A stretch of DNA of 64,000 nt from the human T2T-CHM13v2.0 reference genome, Homo sapiens, in NCBI RefSeq assembly GCF_009914755.1, contig NC_060928.1, one strand, 5' to 3'. This document shows positions 57,495 to 64,000 of this stretch, one piece after another (position 1 is the stretch's first letter; every line of letters begins with the position of its first letter). The translations under genes were made by a program, and so were the position numbers. The notes beneath the pieces are model-generated. The model was not told where the DNA came from and did no database searches. It was given only the letters and a program-made list of their open reading frames with translations.

Positions 57495-60400
57495 ATTGTG
57501 CTGAATACTTAATTTAATTTAACTTGAAATAAGTGATGATTAAGTTTTGCTCACCAGCCTGTTGGTGACAGATGGTATTGGGAAGCATATTCATGACCAT
57601 AGAAACATGTTCATGAAAAAGCAGTAAGCCTACCCTCATTTATGTCTTAACTACTAAGGGATCTTAGAAAGAGCAGAGGTTTAGAGTAAGCTACATGTTT
57701 TTAATTTCTCTCTTGTTGTTCTCAAAGTTGGAGTCTTAGCTCCTTCATCTTTAAGAATGGGGTTGACATCTATTCTACTACCCACTAAGCATTAGTTCTT
57801 ATTTGTAACAGTAATAGGTAACCTTTGCTGAGTGTTTCCTATGCAAGAGGAACTTTGCATCTGTGAAAATTGTCTAATTAAAATGGTCCTATTAGAATCC
57901 TTGTGTGCAGAATATAGTATTCAGGATCAGAATGGTTTAATAACTGGGTTAAGGTCTTGCAAATGGTAGGGGAATAGCTGGAATCTTATCCAGACAGTCT
58001 GGTATTTGAGTTCAAGCTGATAACAACTATGAATTCAGCCTCCTATTCTCATAGAAACTTGATTTAGCTTTTTCATTTCAACTGATATGCTAATACTAAT
58101 ACTCTGATTACATGAGCACCACCAGACTTTAATTAACTCCAGTTTCTTTCCTATCAAAAAATTTCTTTAGGCTTTCAGATGTAAAGAGATTCATAAATTC
58201 AGCAAATCTTCACTTTTAGTTACAAGTATTTCTCCTTCACTTAGATAAAAAGAAATCCCACAAATGATTTTATAGCAGCCCTCTGTTATTTGTCTGCTGA
58301 TAATTCATTAAACAAAGCCAAAAAAGGAAGAAAAGCTTTTCTGTTTTTATTTTTTTGACTTGTTAATCCTTGCAAAGTTGATCCTGCTAGGAAGCTGCAG
58401 GGTACTTTAAACCAGGTCATTTTAACTAAACATAAATACAGCACAAATTGGATGTCCCCTCAGGCCTTTGAACTGACTTGAAGCTAAGACTTTACCCAGG
58501 CCTTTGGTTTTATCTATGCATGTCCTTGGAGGAGAGCCAAATTCTCAGCAGAAACACACATTTGCAGGAATAGGACCAGCTGCAGAAGGTTTTGAAGCTA
58601 TAAGCACTAGCACTTTCTAAAAGCTGAAAAATATAAACGATCTCTGAACTTTAATTACTTGCCTTCTCCAAAGGCACATGTAGAAACCCCCATGTCCATG
58701 CCTAAACTGTTCACTGCTGTGGGGTATGGTGGAAAGACAATTAGCTTTGGAGCTTGCCCAGTTTTGCAATACTGGCTTGCTATGCATTTCTGCAAATTGT
58801 TGAAGTTTTATCCTCAGTTTTATAATAACTTAATGGGGTTTTTTGTATGTTCCTGGAATATAGCAGAATATCAACAAATAGTTTTATGTTGAAGCTGACC
58901 ACTTTGCATTACCAGTATTCAGAAGTATGTCATTCAAGATATTCATTTTTTAGTAAGATTTCAAATATTCATCTCATTCTAAAGCTATCTTGCCTTTTAG
59001 TGAATTCTCTTTTTCTTTTCCTTTCACAGCCTTCCACTGCAACTGTCTTTCTAACGACTGTATCATTTTGCACCACCACTATACAGAAGGCTCATCCTTT
59101 AGAGCAAGAAAAACGCTAATTTGTAGAGCATTCATGAAATACTCCTTCAAACTTATTTAAGCTGAAATGATACAGTCTCAAGTACCAAATTTCTAAAAAT
59201 GGCTTGAAAGGCTTTGGAATTAAATGGGAGAAAATGTTTTTTCCATGTCTCATTAAAAGAAATGTATTTAAACAGTTCAATTAGGAAAGACAAAATAAAT
59301 TTATTCTTTTAAGTATGACAATGGAAAGAGGCATCTTACCAAGTAATGTCTTCTGAACTCAGGCATATTGGTTTAATTTTCAAGATTAACTAATCTTACA
59401 ATTACTTATATTATGATCTGCAATTATATCCTGTAACATGAGCATTTTACCCAAGTTTAATGGCATTGTAGATCCATTTCCTTTCCTAAGAGATAAAGAC
59501 ACTGAAGGAGATTTTCAATGCCCTGTGTCCAGAAGTAGAAAGAGTACTGCGTTCTGCTTCAATGATATGAACACCACTCTCAAGCTTGCCTGTTTATAAC
59601 ACACAAAAAATAAGACAAGTGTCAACTTTAGAAGACTACAAAGAGAATAAATTTGAAGTAAACTACGGGATGCCTATTTTCTTTTTCTGGATTCTTGGAG
59701 TTAAGTGAGGTCCTGAGAAATGCCCATCTATATATTCTGAAGGCCTTTCAAATGATGCCAATAATTTACAGTCACTTAATAACTGAAGATACCTGAACCA
59801 ATGTTGACTAAAAACTCTGGCTTCCAGCTTTACTGAGTGTTCTGGGAGTTAATAGAGGTCTCTAGTATATGCAAAAGACACCCACAATTGAAACTCTGGG
59901 ACACAGAAAAGAAGACCTTCAAAGTCTCATGAATTATGTGCCAACTCAAGGCCCTTGTAGCGGCAGGCTAGCTCCTACTTAGAGGGATAAATCAAAGCAT
60001 TAATCGGTCTTGTCGGGAAAGCAGGTGTTTTGACTGCCTTTATGGTTCATTTTCATGCAAAAGGGTTGTGGGACACAGAAATCACAACGGATTGCAAATA
60101 AATGACACTGACAGGATTGATCCCACCAGGTGAGGGGGCTAAAATCAGCCCGTCTTTTCGTATTATGAAATATACCTAATAGCAGAGCCTCTTTAAGCTC
60201 TAGCTCCACAACAGCCTATTTGTGAGCTCAGGATTTTTTTCTTTTTTTCCCCTTGTCTTTTCTTTTTATAATAAACTATTCCAGCAACCGTAGCAGGTTT
60301 AGAATGTTAAAGAACCATGGTGCGCAAGATTTGACAAAAGGATTTTTGTTTTTAAAGGACTTTAAGGACAGGATATACAAACTCTGTAATCTGGTTCCAA

Positions 60401-60814
60401 GATGGAAGGGGAGGAAGAGGATGAGGAGAAGCGAATCCTTCATTTCACCCTCATCTCAAGATTCAGTGATAGCAAAAATATCATCAAAAAGTTCCAGGAA
60501 CATAAACAACTACCAAGTGTTGGTTTATGTGAGGCTTTACACTTTAAAAGGTAACTAAATTTGGAGAAAAAAACTTTAAAAAAATCTCAAATAAATTTAT
60601 GGTCAATTTGGCATTTTATAGAATGGCACTTTTGACTTATTATGTCATGATCTGCTAGGTTTCTTCAGTGAACGGTCATTGATGTGGTAGAATAAAACTT
60701 GAAAAAATAACTAAAATGACTGTTGCGAATTCTCCAGATTTTGTGATTATTCTTCTGTATAGTAGTACACATTTAGATAAATTCCAAAATTACGTGCCAA
60801 CTAGTTAATAGCTA

Positions 60815-61030
60815 ATTATTGAGCATTTACTATATTCTAAAAATTATTCTAAGAACTCTATATGTGTAGTACTCATAACTTCCTGTGGCAAATAATATTA
60901 TTTCCCTATAAGGAAACATAAGCACAGACAGGATAAGTAATTTGCTCTATGTTATATAACAATTAGGCTGAAATTCAAGCACAGACTGACTCCAGAGTTC
61001 TTATGCTGAGCCCTAACATTCTTCTGCCTC
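60815..61030 (-). mobile_element. MIR remnant (others near 3010-3240, 30730-30880, 37125-37340, 43410-43800, 57810-58030)
   Basis: ttattgagcatttactat...aaggaaacataagcacagacaggataagtaatttgc MIR core. Confidence 0.65.
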
Positions 61031-61077
61031 TTCAGAACATCTTATTAGCTTCTTTGTTCTCAATATTAATGTTAATA

Positions 61078-61379
61078 GGCCAGGCACGGTGGCTCATGCC
61101 TGTAATCGCAGCACTTTGGGAGGCCGAGGTGAGCAGATCTCCTGAGGTCAGGAGTTCGTGATCAGACTGGCAAACACGGTGAAACCCTGTCTGTATTAAA
61201 AATACAAAAATTAGCCAGGTGTGGTGGTGGGTGCCTGTAATCCCAGGTATTCGGTAGGCTGAGGCAAGAGAATCAATTAAACCTGGGAGGTGGAGGTTGC
61301 TGTGAGCCAAGATCACACCACCGCACTCCAGCCTAGGTGACAGAACGAAACTGTCTAAAAAAAAAAAAAAAAAAAAAAA
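61078..61379 (+). mobile_element. AluSx-type SINE
   Basis: Full dimer with 23-nt poly(A). Confidence 0.94.
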
Positions 61380-61713
61380 GGCAAAGTTTGAACTGTTACA
61401 ATAAATACATATTTTTGCAATACAGATTTTTTTAAGAAAGCAAGCTAAGTAAGAAGTACATTTCTTAAGCCAAATTAGGTTTAACCTCCCGGTTTCTAAC
61501 ACATAATAAGATCTTGCTGGAGAGTTTGTTTTACCTTTTCTAATATCTATTTTAAGAAAACCTAATAATTTCATTATTTACCTGAATGTCTAGAAGCTAT
61601 GGCTCAGGAGCAAGAAGTGGCCATGGGTGACAAAGAAGTTTAAAGGTAGTTTGAAGAAAACATTACCTCAACTTGCAACCTGATATAAACCTTCCTTAAT
61701 CTCTGTTTTAAGG

Positions 61714-62162
61714 TAAGGGAGGAGACCACCCTTCATATTATCTTATGCTCAATTTCTGCCTCTAAAGAAAGAAGTAAAAACTAAAAGACAGAAATGAAAT
61801 CCTCAAGCAGACAGCCCAGCACCACACCCTAGGCCTGGTAGTTAAAGATAGACCCCTGACCTAATCAGTTATGTTATCTATAGATTCCGGACATTGTATG
61901 GAAAAGCACTGTGAAAATCCCTGTCCTGTTCTGTTCCGATCTGATTACCAGTGCATACAACCCCCAGTCACGTACCCTCTGCTTGCTCAATCGATCACGA
62001 CCCTCTCACGTGGACCCCCTTAGAGTTGTGAGCCCTTAAAAGGGACAGGAATTGCTCACTTGGGGCTCTCAGTTGTTGGAGACGTGAGATCCCAGCTGAA
62101 TAAAGCCCTTCCTTCTTTAACTTGGTGTCTGAGGGGTTTTGTCTGCAGCTTGTCCTGCTACA
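61714..62162 (+). mobile_element. LTR2-family 5' LTR of HERV-E/Harlequin
   Basis: TAAGGGAGGAGACCACCC...TGTCCTGCTACA; AATAAA at 62099-62104. Confidence 0.93.
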
Positions 62163-62167
62163 TTTCT

Positions 62168-62185
62168 TGGTTCCCTGACCAGGAA
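62168..62185 (+). other. Primer-binding site complementary to tRNA-Glu
   Basis: TGGTTCCCTGACCAGGAA directly after the LTR, one mismatch to TGGTTCCCTGACCGGGAA; defines HERV-E. Confidence 0.88.
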
Positions 62186-62706
62186 GCGAGGTGATCGATG
62201 GATGGTTGAGGCAGCCCCTTAGGTGACTTAGGCCTGCCCTGTGGAGCGTGCCTGTGGGGGACTCCGGCCAGCTTGAGCGACGAGGATCCTGAGAGCACTC
62301 CTGGGTAGGCAATTGCCCCAGTGGAACGTCTCGCCAGAGCAGCATATGGCAGGCCCCCATGGAGGATCAATGCAGTGGCCGAACACCAAAAAGGAACTGG
62401 CACTTGGAGTCCAGACAACTGAAACTTGGTAAGACTAGTCTTTGGAAATTGCCCACTCCATTTGAGTGGAAGTGTGACCTGATCACCCACAGCATGCCTA
62501 TACTAGTACTTTGGTTTTTGTTTTTGACTTGACTTGGATTGCTTGATACTTTGGTTTTGGTTTTGACCTGGCTTGGATTTCTGGATACTCTTATTTTGGT
62601 TTTGATTCTGGTTTGGTGTAAACTGTAAAAGTGTGTGTGTGCCCTTTTAACCCATTGTTTGGTGGTGTGCATGTGGTGTGAGTGTGGTGTTTTGCCTTGA
62701 GGAAAC

Positions 62707-64000
62707 ATGGGTCAGGCACAAAGTAAGCCCACCCCACTAGGAACTATGTTTAAAAATTTCAGAAAGGGATTTAAGAGAGACTATGGAGTCACTATGACAC
62801 CAAGAAAACTTAGAAGTTTGTGTGAGATAGACTGGCCAGGATTAGAGGTGGGTTGGCCATCAGAAGGAAGCCTGGACAGGTCCCTTGTCTCGAAGGTAGG
62901 GCACAGGGTAACCTGTAAGCCAGGGCACCCGGATCAGTTCCTATATATAGATTCTTGGTTACAGCTAGTTTTGGGCCCCCCAGAGTGGTTAAGAGGACAG
63001 GCAGGAGCAGTATTAGTAGCAAACGGATAGTTAGTTAAGGAAGGTTCTCACTCCACCCGCGGAGGGAAGTCAGCACCAAAAGTCGTGTCTGACTCAACAC
63101 CAGAAGAATCATGGCAGGAATTGGTACTAGCAGTACCCCCTCCTTATCGAGAGGAAGGGCTCCCCACTCCTGAGGCCACAGCACCTACACCTCCACCAGA
63201 TAACCACACCCCTAGACCACCCAGAGTAGAAAAAAGAGGAAGTGAAGCTGCGGGAGAAACTCCTGCCTTGGCAGCTCGCTTATGCCCCAAGACTGGAATC
63301 CAAATGCCCCTGAGAGAGCAGCAATATACTGGGGTAGATGAGGATGGACACATGGTGGAAAGGCATGCTTTTGTGTATCAACCTTTCACCTCTGCTGACC
63401 TCCTCAATTGGAAAAATAATACTCCATCTTACACTGAAAAGCCTCAAGCTTTAATTGACTTGCTCCAAACTATTATACGGACTCATAATCCTACTTGGGC
63501 TGATTGCCGTCAGCTGCTCATGTACCTCTTTAATACAGATGAAAGGTGAAGGGTGTTCCAGGCGCAACTAAGTGGCTAGAGGAGCACGTCCCAGCCGATT
63601 ACCAAAACCCCCAAGAATATATAAGAATTCAGCTGCCAGGAACAGACCCCCAATGGGACCCAAACGAAAGACCAGACATGGAGAGGCTAAGATGGTACCG
63701 TGAGGTATTTATAGAAGGTCTAAAGAAAGGGGCTCAAAAGGCTACAAATGTAAATAAGGTCTCTGAGGTCATCCAAGGAAAAGAGGAGAGTCCAGCGCAA
63801 TTCTAACACTGTGTGAGGTTCACTGTATGTACACTCTTTTTGATCCAGATAGCCCTGAAAATCAGTGCATGATTAACATGGCCTTAGTTAGTCAAAGTGT
63901 GGAAAAAATCAGGAGAAAATTGCAAAAACAGCCTGGGTTTGTGGATATGAATACCTCACAGTTACTGGAAATAGCCAATCAAGTGTTTGTGAATGGAGAT
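62707..64000 (+). pseudogene. gag: Disrupted HERV-E gag (matrix, late domain, capsid), runs off the window
   Basis: MGQAQSKPTPLGTM matrix start; PPPY late domain; p30 YQPFTSADLLNWK..NPTWADCRQLL; MHR VIQGKEESPAQF; stops ending at 63030, 63549 and 63806 plus a frameshift near 63565. Confidence 0.92.

Noticed and set aside
61032-61574. 180-aa ORF (likewise 42086-42517, 30180-30461 and similar)
   Set aside because: Antisense Alu translations ([19 protein letters not shown] motifs)

Overview
Primate (very probably human) AT-rich intergenic DNA. I can support no intact protein-coding gene; most ORF-track entries are Alu, L1 or LTR read-outs. The window holds two processed pseudogenes (STMN1 on -, RPS23 on +), about 17 Alus, L1/L2/MIR/MER58 remnants and a dense set of LTR elements: a solo LTR12 (ERV9), MLT2, a complete MST MaLR, an LTR16/ERVL relic with a nested THE1, MER4, two inverted LTR8s, MER41A, an LTR26-like LTR, a complete MER41C provirus with nested MER50 and AluY, and the 5' half of a HERV-E (LTR2) provirus with a broken gag at the right edge. 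Subfamily names come from recalled consensus sequences, not from a search. The most unusual signals are local templated rearrangements that repeat annotation would not explain: (1) a 113-bp near-perfect inverted repeat in apparently unique DNA at 40286-40551, (2) an AluY at 3.5 kb carrying the tail and target-site sequence of a different Alu 6 kb away, and (3) a ~100-bp copy of 7804-7901 pasted into the MLT2 LTR. I found no convincing new gene system; these are the best leads.
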